From positions 631,764 through 695,763 of the forward strand of contig NW_003314295.1 in the NCBI RefSeq assembly GCF_000143415.4: a stretch of 64,000 bases of DNA. Reading direction: 5' to 3'. The translations under genes and the position numbers were made by a program. Position 1 is the stretch's first letter. Each line of letters begins with the position of its first letter. Origin of the DNA: Selaginella moellendorffii. Taxonomy: Eukaryota > Plantae > Lycopodiophyta. The notes under the pieces were generated by a model, which ran no database searches, was not told the origin of the DNA, and saw only the letters and a program-made list of their open reading frames with translations. This document shows, one piece after another, positions 49,257 through 60,999 of this stretch.

Positions 49257-49659
49257 AAGTATCAATTTGAGAAGTTGAGCAATGGCATATGTTGGGACCC
49301 GAAGGCGCGCCGAAGGTAAGCTAATTAGCATGGGTTAGCTAGGTCGACCAGGCGTAGGGAGCTACGCCCGACTCCCTGCGGGGATGTCGAATCCGTAGAC
49401 GTATTCTACGGAGGTTGGGTTCGAGTCCCAACCCCCTAGTAAAGCAAGGCTGGGTTCAAGTCCCGACCCCATACTAGGGCGTGGTGAGGGGAGGAGTATA
49501 GGGACACCTATATTCCGTTGTCATGCGCTCTTGGCCGGGGAGGCTAACTTAGGCACACCGCTAAGTGGGGGGATGCCCCCGGAGACATGGTCAACAAGTC
49601 GTAGGATAAAAAAGAGACGTTCGATGTGGGCATCGAACTTCTTCTATGGGTGGTGGAGT

Positions 49660-50806
49660 TGTAAGGAACCAACTCGCCGAGGTGTCGTAGGCTAAGGGAA
49701 CCCCGAAAGCATGACCAAAATGACAAAGAGTTCATCGGATGGGACCAAGTCAAAGATCGAGTCCAAGACCGACTCTAGGACCGAGTTCGAGATAGAGTCC
49801 GGAATCGAGTCCAAGACCGACTCGGGGACCGAGTTCGAGTCCGAGTTCGAGACCGAGTTCGAGACGGAGTCCGAGATCCGAAATCGGGTCCGAGACCGAG
49901 TCCGAAGTCGAGTCCGAGGTCGGGCCCGAGATCGGGTCCGAGATCGAGTCCGCGATCGAGTCCGAGACCGAATCCGAAGTCGGATCCGAAATCGGATCCG
50001 AGATCGAGCCAGAGACTAAGTCCAAATACTAATACGGGTCAAGGGGTGAAAGCCCAAAGCGTGCGTCCCCCAGGGGGGGGGGGCTGCAGGGGGTTCCAAA
50101 AGTATAGTAGGGATAGTGAGGTCCAGGAATCAGTTTTGAAGGGACTCTCCAGTTGGGCTTCCAAACCGACTTGAGGTTGGGACTGGGACTAAGGGGCCTT
50201 GGGTGGGAGTGAGCATGGACTTGGCTGGTGCCGGAGGGGCCATCCAAGGAAGTGCTCAAGAGCAGCTCCCACTCCCGAAAGGGAAACCGATTGCGGTGCT
50301 CCCGGCTCATGTGGAGTGGTGCCCCACTTGAGTACCATGCGGCTCATTGGTCCTCGCCCTGCCTAGGGGCTTGGGCCTTCCTTCGGGATGGAAGTGGGGG
50401 GCGAGAGGTACCCATACCGGGCCGCTAGGCCACGGTGTTTCGCCCCGGCGTCCCGAAGCAAGTGTTGCACTCAAGACTTGGGATTTAGAGGGTCCCATGA
50501 TCAAGTCTTGTGGTACCAAAAGATGTTAGGAACCTGGAAGCTTGGTGTGCTTGGCTGCTTGTGCTTGCGGGGAGTGTAGCCGAACCTTAAGTCCAGTCTA
50601 ACCCGGGGAGGGGGATTGGGAGTGATTTGGGAATCCGTGGATGGTGGCTAACACTCCGTTGCTCGTGCAGTGAGTAGCTGAGACCAAGTAGGAGCTGGTA
50701 CCATAGGCGAGAACCTTGGCAAGGGAACTTAGCAAAAGCCAAGGCGGTGTTGGACGGATAGGCGAGGTAAGCTGGCAAATTGGAAAGGAAAAATTTGTGG
50801 CTTACA
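49660..50806 (+). repeat. 3' LTR of the young chromovirus
   Basis: Direct repeat of 43278-44424 at offset 6382. Confidence 0.95.
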
Positions 50807-50811
50807 CAGTA

Positions 50812-53780
50812 GTGGCTCAAGACCAACACCACGACTTAAACTCAATGGACCAACCACTCTACTCTACAAAGCTACACACTCAACATCAACAAAGATTAAA
50901 GACAAAACAACAAAACGAGAAGCCAACTCTCAAGCCTGAACAATTACAATCTAAAGAATACAACATTCAGATTGATGATAATCCAGCCTTACAAACTGGA
51001 AATGACGACTTTACACCCCGAATTAACCTCAATGAAGAAACTGAAGAACTCAATCTCGGATTTCAAGAAGATCCACACAACATAATCATTGCTGCAAATC
51101 TTGACAAAAACTTCAAGATCAAAGCTCAACAATTACTCATAACCTACAAGGACGTTTTCGCATGGTCATACAAAGATCTCAAGGGAATACCACCGGAACT
51201 ATGTACACATCGCATAGAGTTGCTACCAGGAACTCAACCAATTAAGCAAATAGCTTATTGCATGAACCCGAACTTCGCTGATAAAGTCAAAATAGAACTC
51301 AATAAACTACAAGATGCTCGATTCATTTACCCTATCAAGAATGCACAATGGTTGTCACCATTGGTTATCGTCCCGAAAAAGAATGGCAAATTGCGAATTT
51401 GTGTCAATTACAAAAAGTTGAACGATGTGACGGAAAAAGACTCATTTCCCATACCATTCTTCGACGAGATACTCGACGCAGTTGCAGGACATGAGATGTA
51501 TTCGTTCCTTGACAAATTTTCGGGATATAATCAAGTTCACATAGCACTAGAAGATCAATACAAGATTGCCTTCATAAGTCCATGGGGCGCATATGCATAC
51601 TCCCAAATGCCATTCGGATTAACGAATGCACCATTTACTTTTCAACAGATAATTACTAACACCTTTCAGGAATACTTGACTGATTTTATGCGCGTCTTCA
51701 TGGATGACTTCAGCGTTTTTGGAGCAAAAGAAAAACACCTTGAACACTTAGAAAAGTGTTTCATTAAATGTCGATAAAACCAAGTTGCACTTAATCCAGA
51801 AAAGTGTATTTTCTTTGTCAAATCCGGAATACTCCTTGGCCATGTTGTTTGTAAAGATGGAATTCTCATTGACAAAGCAAAAACAGAGGTCATCGTCAAA
51901 ATGACTCCACCCATGGATTTAACAAGTTTGAGAAGATTTCTTAGAAAAATGGGTTACCATAGATGTTTTATTCAAGATTATGCAAAGATTGCTAAACTGC
52001 TCATGGAGCTACTTAAGAAATCTCAAGTTTATGCATGGACACAAGTTTGTCAATTGGCCTTTGACACACTTAAGGATAAGCTTACAAAAGCCCCTATACT
52101 AGTTCAACCAAACTGGACACAGAAATTCATTGTACAAGTAGATGCATCTGATTATGCACTTGGAGCTATACTTTGCCAGAGAAAAACTGATAATCGAGAC
52201 CATCCAATATACTACGCAAGCCACAGACTTTCCCCACCAGAGATGAACTATACAACCACGGAAAAAGAGGCATTAGGAATGGTCTATGCACTCACCAAAT
52301 TTCGACATTACCTCCTTTCAAACAAAGTCAAGATCATGGTTGATCACCAAGCGCTCTTACACTTACTCAACAAGACAATACTCATTGGAAGAATTGCAAG
52401 ATGGTTTCTTCTACTTTAAGAATTCAACTTTGAGATTATTCACAAGCCAGGCAAACAACATACACAGGCTGATCATCTTAGTCGACTTACCACAGGGGAA
52501 CAAGTTACGAAAACTAACGATGACTTACCTGATTCACACCTTTTTAAGGTCACAACTCAAGGCATGCTCCAGGATATTTACAAATTCTTGACGACAACCA
52601 AGATTCCAAATCTTGAGGATATGACGATATTCAGTCGTGGGAGGCAAACTATATAAACTTGGACATGATAACATCTTGAGAAGATGCATAGAATCACAAG
52701 AAGAGATTAAGGATCTATTCGATGAAGCTCATGTAGGACGATCAGGAGGTCATTTTGCCGAAGAAATTACGGTCAAGAAAGTGTTACAAGCTGGATTATG
52801 GTGGCCAACACTCTGGAAAGATGCCACTCAACATTATCAAGAATGTGACATATGTCAAAGAATGAAGTTTCCACCGAGGAAAACTCAGGAACTCAATCCA
52901 ACAACAGCATTGGAACCCTTCCAGCGTTGGGGACTTGATTTTGTTGGACCTATAGCAAAAAATAGCAAAGGAAATCAATACATTTTGGTCACTATTGACT
53001 ATATGACAAAATGGGCAGAAGCTCTCCCACTAAAGAAAGCCACAACGAAAAATACAGCCAAGTTTCTCTATGAAATAATTATAACACGATATGGATTACC
53101 GCGAGAAATTGTTACAGATCGAGGAACACATTTTCTGAATGAGACCATCGACATTCTCGTTAAAGAATTTATCATCAACCATAAGAAGTCAACACCATAT
53201 TACCCCCAGGGTAATGGACAAGCAGAATCAACAAACAAAACGCTTAAAAACATACTCAAAAAAATCGTCAAGACAAACCTTAAGGATTGGGATGAAAAGA
53301 TTTATGATGCTCTTTGGGCTTACAGAATAGCCTACAAAGTTTCAACAAATTCTACACCTTTCAAGCTTGCTTATGGCCTTGAAGCGTTAACACCACTAGA
53401 GTACACAGTACCATCCTTGAGAATGGCCATTGAACTTGAAATTAATCAAGAAGAATCAATCAAAAAAAGACTTGCGATGCTTGAGAAACTCGATGAAGAA
53501 AGACTAAGTGCAATATGGACAATTGAAGCAATACAAGCTAGAAGAAAAGTTTATCACGATCGCAAACAAGTCAAGAAAAACAAAGTGCATTATAAAGTAG
53601 GAGATCTTGTATTATGGTATTGTGGCAATGTGGATAAACTGAAGGAAAACTCGTTCATCAATGGGAAGGACCATTCAAGATTACGAGTATACAAATCCCA
53701 GGAACAGCAAACTTGCAACTTTAGATGATGAAGAATTGCAAGTAGTTAACTTGAACAAATTGAGGATTTACAAGCAACCA
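50812..53780 (+). pseudogene. RT-RNase H-integrase of the non-chromoviral element (continuation after the nested chromovirus)
   Basis: DVFAWSYKDLKGIP, WLSPLVIVPKKNGKLRIC, FMDD, VDASDYALGA, WGLDFVGP, TDRGTHF, YYPQGNGQAE and WEGPF. Several stops and frameshifts. Confidence 0.9.
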
Positions 53781-54865
53781 CAAGTGCTTCACACTATGGT
53801 GGAATACCAGAAATTTCAAGAGAAAATGCTCAGAGAAATCAACGAAAACACATTCGAATGCATGCAAACACTTAGAGAAAATTTGCCTCAACAAGAATGG
53901 GACCTAACCCTAATCTTGGCGGCTGTGAGAAGAAAAGAATTCTGGGAGACAGTGCATCAGGAAAAAGGGAGCCCACTTGGGGCAAACAGTGATCAAGACT
54001 GTAGCGATTCTTGGTCTGGTGAAAGCACAGCTTCAATGAGGACTAGAGTTGGGTCAAGGGCTTCATGCTGTCCACGGGAAGAGGAAGAACTGATAGATCT
54101 CTCCGACAAGGAGAACAAGGTATGCACGGTTTTCCAAGTGGGCAATCTGGTATGGTCTCGCGATGAGACTCTTGATGCGTGGCTGCAAAAGCATCAACTC
54201 TATGGCTTTTCGGTCCTGATGACAGCTACGACAAGCACCGACCAGCAGGGAATCGAGAGGAAGATTATCGATTTTGCACGCGGAAAAATCACGATTGAAG
54301 AAGAAGCCTTTGCCAAAGCTCTTCAGCTACTGAATAGGGGAAAGCAAGTGACAGCTCCGCAAGACAGAGCCATTGATCCGAAGATCATGAAGCGTGCAGC
54401 AAATTACAAGACAGCAGCATCTCTGCAGCTCTCCAATGTGAAGGAAAAATTCCGAGGGATTTTTAAATTCCTTCTCGCGACATTGGAATTCTGACACACG
54501 GCGACATCAGTGAGCAAGAATGTTGCCTTCATCTACGAGGACCTGAACAATGGAGTCCAAGTCGACTTGGGAGCATATGTTTACACTAAGTTCCATAGGG
54601 AACTCTCACAGGTTTACAATGCACTAGAGAGTAAGAAGAAAATTACAACAACGTTGTTCCCGTATATTGAGGCTTTGTCAGTCAACAATAACAGAGCATT
54701 GGTGATCGTCCCTCACGCCCAGGTGAAAGCAATGAAGGAGAAGCACAACCATAGCGATGGGAGCGAGGCATAGGAAAAAGAGGATGAGGAGCAAGACGAC
54801 CAGGAGGAGGCACAGGAAAATCAAGTAGAAGATGTGGACGACCAAAAGGAGGCGCAGGAAAAATA
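53781..54865 (+). pseudogene. Extra 3' ORF in frame with the integrase tail (env-like position), acidic C-terminus, unknown function
   Basis: ORFs 53661-54494 and 54510-54773 are in the same frame and separated by a single stop. The frame continues into an E/D/Q-rich tract, which is cut off by the 3' LTR deletion. Confidence 0.55.
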
Positions 54866-55020
54866 GAGTTTTCAGGAAATGACTTGAGAGACGATCAATA
54901 GAGTTCAAATATAAAAAGAAATAACCTATGAATAAGAGTGCACCCCCTTTTTTAATTGATTGGGGTTAAGCGTCCTTGGGTTTGAATAGTACTGAGTTGG
55001 GTGACCTCCTAGGAAGTCCG

Positions 55021-55222
55021 AACTCAGGAGTTTACAATTGGACTCAAACATATCCATTTGGGAGATAAAATCTACACTTGAGGTAAGGCTTATTATAGAC
55101 ATTTTAAAGATGAAAAGGCATAAACTCAGGAGTTTACAATTGGACTCAAATATATCTATTTGGGAGACAAAATTTACACTTGAGGTAAGGCTCATTATAG
55201 ATATCTTAAAGATGAAAAGGCA
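55021..55222. repeat. ~102-bp tandem duplication spanning the TRIM right terminus and flank
   Basis: aactcaggagtttacaattggactcaaa...gatgaaaaggca occurs at 55021 and 55123. Confidence 0.9.
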
Positions 55223-56100
55223 CTCATGCTTAATGACAATTTAGTCTGGAAACAAATTTTTGTGAATGAACTTGTATAAAGAAGTCCATTTTAATTCAAG
55301 GATGGAGTCAAATTTTTATTACAACTTCCCCTCTTGAGATTTATATATCCAAGATTTTATCCTAAATAACATAATGTAAGAAAAAGATATTATTGTAACA
55401 TATGAAATACAATAGATATACCTCCTTAGGCTAGTAGTAGGTTTTATGCATTGTAGTAAGTCTTGCAAGCTAACCTTGTTTAGTTGAGTATTTTGGCAGC
55501 CTAGATTGAGTAGCTTACTTGTGATAAAATCCTTAAGAGCGGACTTTTGAACTTACTTCAGAGTTGTAAATGAATTTCTCATAGTCTCTTTCTACACAAT
55601 ATTTTTGAAATGGTTGAGAGAACTCTTTTGTATCCCTTCTTGCATTGGATACATATATATGCCAACATGCATCTCAACTCTTCTAACCACTCCATCCTGT
55701 GGAAAAAGTAGTACATCCTAGCTTCATAGATGACACATATAGGAGAAATTTTGCAGAATCGACACTTGAATCCAATAGTAATGTTGTGGGTAGGAGGTTG
55801 ATTATAGACCCTTTGGAAAATATAAAATTTCTATAATGATCTCTATTGCATACTTCATCCATACAATCTAATTGCCCATTACAATGAACTATAGATATTG
55901 TGGAAGTGTGTGAAGTATGTGTGAAGAAGTGTGTGATACCATTGAAGTGTTGGAAATATGTAATCTTGATTTTATATCAATTGTGGACATTTTGCTTAGT
56001 TTCCATCCCTTTCTATTTGGAACCTATGCTACTAACGAGAGGTGTTAACTCAAAGAAAAATGTTGCTATTGTAAAAGGATGGAAGTTTGCTCATGGGCCT
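55037..56100 (-). pseudogene. MULE-like transposase relic, N-terminal part
   Basis: Minus-strand KCRFCKISPIC...ARMYY...MHVG and FIFKMSIISLTSSVDFISQM, which continue across the TRIM site into DFLNT*GHFDHLK at 37478 and leftwards. Confidence 0.5.
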
Positions 56101-57414
56101 ATATAAAAATAGTGTATGTTGATTGAGAGGCATGAAAATTGGAAAGCATTGCTAACAAATTTAAATATTGGTGAAGATGGAGATGGTGAATTCAATGCTT
56201 ACAATAGCATAACTTCTCCACTTGAACTAAAGGAGGAGGAGAGGATAATGATTGACTCTTGCTTTACATTCACTTTGGTTAGAATGCATTTGACACTTTG
56301 ATTGGAGATCCAAAAATTCAAATCTCCTTTGATTTGGAATATTGTAAATTCTATTGTTGTGTGCCCTTACCCACACTAGAAAAAAGAAACTTTAAGCATG
56401 CAAGTATACTAATGTCATTGTGAATTACAACCTCTAACAAAATAGAGGTAAGATAAAGATCAAAATGCCAATATAAAAAATTTTAAAAAATAATACTCTG
56501 AGAGAATGAAAGAGTTGGGTAATTTTGAAAATATAGAAGAAACCTCTTCATCCTTCTCAATAAGTTTTAGAGTTCTCTCTCTCTTTATGCTATTTATAAA
56601 ATTCCACAGAGAAACATAAATTGAAATTTAAAGAGAGCAATAAGAAGAAAATCAATAACATACAAAAAGAATAAAAATACTACAATATATCTAACATGTG
56701 CAAATATGACAATTGTAATATTACTATCATCTACTATGATGTTTAATGCATACATGCACAAAGATCCAAGGATGAATTTTCATTATGTGAAATTTGATTG
56801 TTAGTGGTGATGTCAATAATGACATTCTAACACGGCATGTAAATCCAAGTGATCCGATTCAATTGTCAGCATATATGAAGTGTTAGTTTGTCAAATCTTA
56901 AGTCTAGGTGATGATAAATCTCATCAAATCTTAAGGCTAAGTAATGATAATTCTTCAATAATGGATTTGATTCTCAGTATGAGTCAAGTTTTATCCATAA
57001 TTGTGAATACTACTCAATGACATTTAAAGCACATGCCTATTTTTGAGGTTTTAATACAATATAAAATAAATTTATGGATAAGGATTCATCCATTCATAGA
57101 TTAATATAGTATAACATATTTTGTCATGCCTTATTTATACACTTCAAAGTTCTTGTAACAATTTCAAAATATATACAAAATATTGATGAGAATGCATCCT
57201 TTCTAGTTAATTTAGAAAAAATAATATCATATCTCTAATAATTGAAATGATGACAAGTGCTAGTTATATCGTCATTAAAATATACAAAATAAAGAACCAT
57301 AAGATTGAGGACATTGTGACAATTGAGATTTAAGTTATTTGAAATGAACGGCCAGAATTAGAGATTGGTTAGGGTTGGGGCAACTTAAATTACTGTTTGT
57401 GCTATGAGTTGAGC

Positions 57415-57630
57415 GCAAGAGATTAAAAGATCAAGCTCACGAGTCCAAGAGAGTATGAGAGATCAAGCATGTGAGTGCAAGAAAAATCAAGAGATCAAGA
57501 GAGATTGAGAGAGTGAGAGGGATTGAGAGAGTGAGAGAGTGAGAGAGATGGAGAGAGCGAGAGAGTGAGAGAGTGAGAGAGATTGAGTGTGTGAGTTGAG
57601 ATCAAGAGTGCAAGAGCATAAAATCAAGAG
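57415..57630. repeat. GA-rich low-complexity repeat (GAGAGAGT / GATCAAGA units)
   Basis: Visible degenerate tandem units. Confidence 0.8.
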
Positions 57631-59945
57631 TAAAATAGATTTAACACACAAGTGGGAAGTTGAGTAACAATGCCACTAAGAGTGAGTTTTTTCCATTTTA
57701 TTGCTTCTATATATTTTTCTTTTGCTCCTCCACTAGCAACCACCTTGTATTTTCACTAGTAACCATAGGCATTTTCATGGCCACTTTAGGTATTTTAACC
57801 AGCAACCTTGATCTCGGCCTTGCTCATTGTGTGGTGTAAAGTACATCTTTCCCTTTCACTTTATAAAGGGCTTATTTTATTGTTTTGATTTCTAACATTT
57901 AGTGAAGGTCAAGCAAAATGCTTATGAATTTACATATCCAAAGAAGAGTTGGGAAGAGCTCTCAATACAAATTAAGCACAAAATTCAATATATAAAATTT
58001 TCAAAGTTAAAGAAACTAGTATGAATTGCAGAAATTACAAGCCGAAGGAATGGCTAGAGATTATAGTTGAAATTTTTGTATATGAATATAAGTTTCTTAT
58101 ATTATACTTCATTTTTCTCAATGATATATATATATTTCTTTTGCAGTGAACATAACTCCAAATGACATAATTTATAATATCACAAAATTAAGGCTTCCAT
58201 ACAAGTAACAGATAGACACTTTGGAGTTCCTCAATGTCTACTTGATGAAGAAAGAAAAAGGATTGTCAGAAGTATTTGAGAACATGATGAAAAGGGTTGT
58301 TTAGATCACACAAACTATAAATAAAGGTAAGAAGTTCTTGGCACTATATATTGGTGACAATCAAAATGGTACATTCATGTCTTTCGACACCTATGTCAAC
58401 ATATAATTAGAAGGGATCAAAGAGGGGTGGCTGCTAAAAAAGTCTACAAGTATAACAAATGATTATCAACATGGTCAACTTTATTTCATGCAACATGCAA
58501 CTTACAGGTATAACATGATTTCAAAGATCTTTCCTAAATATATATTATTTATAGGTATTTTTGATATAGAAGCATGCCATTTGAGGCACCAGTTTGCACT
58601 TAACTTGTTACAAAGAGTATAAGGGATGGAGGAATGTATTCAATGATGTTTATGAAAGTTCCAAAGGCATGGAAGATAAAATGCCCTTAAAATTTAGAGC
58701 TCCTAAAGAATGTCAATATTGACAATGATGCAATGAAAGTGATGATGAAGAGGAGGATGAGAAAGATCTAGATCAAACTCACATTCCACCATCAAACAAC
58801 CAAGCTCAAGCTCCAATAGACGTCCAAGATTTGGATCAGGTTTCATTAGCAAATGACGATAATCAAATGGTTCATAGAATATCATGTCGACCTCAAGGTA
58901 AGTAAAAATGACTTTTACAAAGCAAATGTGGTAATACATGTTTTTTGTAGCAATGATTATTGGTAGTAATTTTATTCTAACTCAAGGAGATGCTCATGAC
59001 GAGGAGTTGGAGGAACTCTCATCAACAATATGCCGTATGATGGTAGCATATCATTCCTTGTTTTTTTCATTCATTTAACTCTTTTATAGGTTCATTCTAT
59101 TTCTCTAATAACATACCAAGGCACTATGGGTGTCTTCATTGACTCCTATAGTAGATTGCTAATATCTTTCATAGAAGATGACATGAACATGGTCATATAG
59201 TGTTAGTTCGACCATTGGTGCCAAAAGATACAAAGGCCTTTACTCCTAATTGCAAACTTCATTATCTTTGACTTTCCAAAGGGAAAGTTGAGGACTGAAA
59301 CTTTTTCACACTTGACCACATGTGTGATGTAATTCCTCTTATCAGAAACACTTATGCTTGAAGTTAGTTATGTCATCTTCATCCTACCAAACAACTCCAA
59401 CTAGATGTATAAACTTATAATATGCATAGTAAAAGTTTGTTTCAAGTCTTTTTCTTTTAAGTGCATCATAAATCCTATTGGCATTGATACTAGAGGTGTT
59501 CAAGGGAAGCCTAAAAAAGTGTAGATATTTTATAATTTATAAACTTTCTTATTTTCCAGGTTATGATGTGGACTTATCATGCCTTTTGTAGAAACACACA
59601 TGATAAGTTTTGTGATAGCGAACGTCTAACATACATTTTGCTTGGGTACAATAGTTCCACTAACATCATACCCAACCTTGTGGATGAGCAGATCTATAAC
59701 ATGTTTCTAGGGTATTGATTTTGAACTCCATTGGCGATGTAAATCTTGCTTAAACTTTATTGCCCACCAGATGGTGTTATGATTGATTGCACAATAAGTA
59801 ACAATTTTATAGTGGAGGCAACATGTGACTCTGAAAGGTCGGTGTTTGCTATTGAAGAACATCATTTCTTCAAATGTTGACTCAGAGGATTTCGTGAGTT
59901 GCCTCCAACTTCAAGGAAATAAATTATGTTTATTAAGCTTTCAAT

Positions 59946-60999
59946 TGTAGTGCATGTGATCATGGGATGAAATTTAGATATATTATCACCATGGATCTTT
60001 GGAACCTTAGAGGATAAATAAGGATAAAATAGCCATTAAGGGCTCTCTTATCAAGTAATTGCCCCTTTTTCAGTTGGCTTAAAAAGAGAGAGATAAGGTG
60101 CGCTACATTTAGTATCAGAGCAAATGGCATGGATTCGATTCCCATTGATTAGTGGCTACCTTAAAATATAATATACCCTTGAGCAAGGTATATTCCTACC
60201 CCTAAATTTGAAATTGTACCTATTGGGTATTTATATTGGTATTGGACCCTAGTTCAATTCTCGTGGCTGAAGAGTGGGGCAAGAATATTCTAAAGGAATA
60301 TTTAACATGGTGGATCTAGAGGGAGAACCAAGGTTTGGTAGACCCTAAAAGAAGGACCATGGTGACTAAAGGGTGGCCTAAGTATGATCATAGGTGATAT
60401 TGCTTGACAAAGGGAGGATTGTTAGGCACAAGGTCAGGATAATAGAATAAAGAAAGAGTTTTGCAATCAAGTGATCACCTCTTTAGTTAGTTGGCTTAGG
60501 GTGTAAGGGATAGGATCTTAACATTGGTATCAGACATATGTATGTCCTTCCTCTTGTGTGGAGTATTCACAGACGAAGGTATCTACTGTAAAAATATGGT
60601 ACGAATGAATGATTAGTTGCCTCACATTAAATACATGTGTATGTCCTTCCTTTTATGTGGAGTATTCATAGACGAAGGTATCCACTGTAAAACTATGGTA
60701 CGAATGAATGATTAGTTGCCTCATATTAAATATTTGGTCTACATAATGGAAATGGAAGTGTTGGTTCCCCTTGGCTTAGTAGGGGTTGTTAGTCAATAGT
60801 CAATGACAACATTGACATCTCTAAAAGGGGGGGTGAGTGTAGCCCATGTGATCATGGGATGAGATTTAGATATACTATCACTATGGATCCTTGGAACCTT
60901 AGGGGATAAATGGGGATAAAATAGCCATTAAAGGTTCTCTCATCAAACAATTACCCTTTTTCCAGTTGGCTTAAGGAGAGAGAGATACGGTGTGCTACA
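59946..60999 (+). mobile_element. Non-autonomous TRIM-like LTR element (162-bp LTRs, 730-bp non-coding interior)
   Basis: LTRs 59946-60107 and 60838-60999 (TGTAG...CTACA), PBS TTTAGTATCAGAGC, PPT AAAAGGGGGGGTGAG and flanks TCAAT/TGAAT. There is an internal ~97-bp tandem duplication at ~60537-60732. Confidence 0.85.

Larger units (their letters stand above)
43278..50806 (+). mobile_element. Full-length, very young chromovirus (Ty3/Gypsy) LTR retrotransposon, 7529 bp
   Basis: Two 1147-bp LTRs (TGTAAG...CTTACA), perfect TSD CAGTA (43273-43277 / 50807-50811), iMet PBS TGGTATCGGAGCC at 44428, purine-rich tract before the 3' LTR, and gag-PR-RT-RH-INT-chromodomain. Confidence 0.97.
37898..54874 (+). 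mobile_element. Non-chromoviral Ty3/Gypsy retrotransposon (Selgy/Phygy- or Tat/Athila-like), defective, with extra 5' and 3' ORFs
   Basis: TG..CA ends with perfect TSD GGAAA (37893-37897 / 54875-54879). 5' LTR is 37898-38312 and ends GAGTTTTCA; only this 9-mer survives of the 3' LTR. PBS TGGCGACCATGGTGGGA is tRNA-Arg-like. Domain order is gag-PR-RT-RH-INT. Confidence 0.85.
37479..55036 (+). mobile_element. Cassandra-like TRIM (~576 bp reconstructed) with 5S-rRNA-derived LTR segment; 3' LTR split by a 17-kb insertion
   Basis: 5' LTR 37479-37673 (TGTAAAC...GCTTATA); degenerate iMet PBS TTTAGTATCAGAAC; ~205-bp non-coding interior. The 3' LTR is 37879-37897 plus 54880-55036 (...GTTTACA). Flanks are ATTAG/ATTGG. 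5S-like segments lie at 37600-37656 and 54964-55019. Confidence 0.8.

Noticed and set aside
49225-49295. Possible third intron after the chromodomain (AT-rich patch)
   Set aside because: A GT is present, but there is no convincing acceptor and no conserved motif to test a splice against.
54964-55019. Functional 5S rRNA gene
   Set aside because: Only the internal ~56 nt resemble 5S. The 5' and 3' ends and the terminator are missing, and it sits in an LTR.
37479-55036. Reading the 5S-bearing repeats as LTRs of the 17-kb autonomous Gypsy
   Set aside because: The Gypsy has its own LTR, tRNA-Arg PBS and GGAAA TSD inside the TRIM 3' LTR, so it is a nested insertion.
57900-59900. Exon-like fragments in AT-rich DNA
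   Set aside because: Too decayed to assign. Probably transposon-derived, but I cannot support a call.
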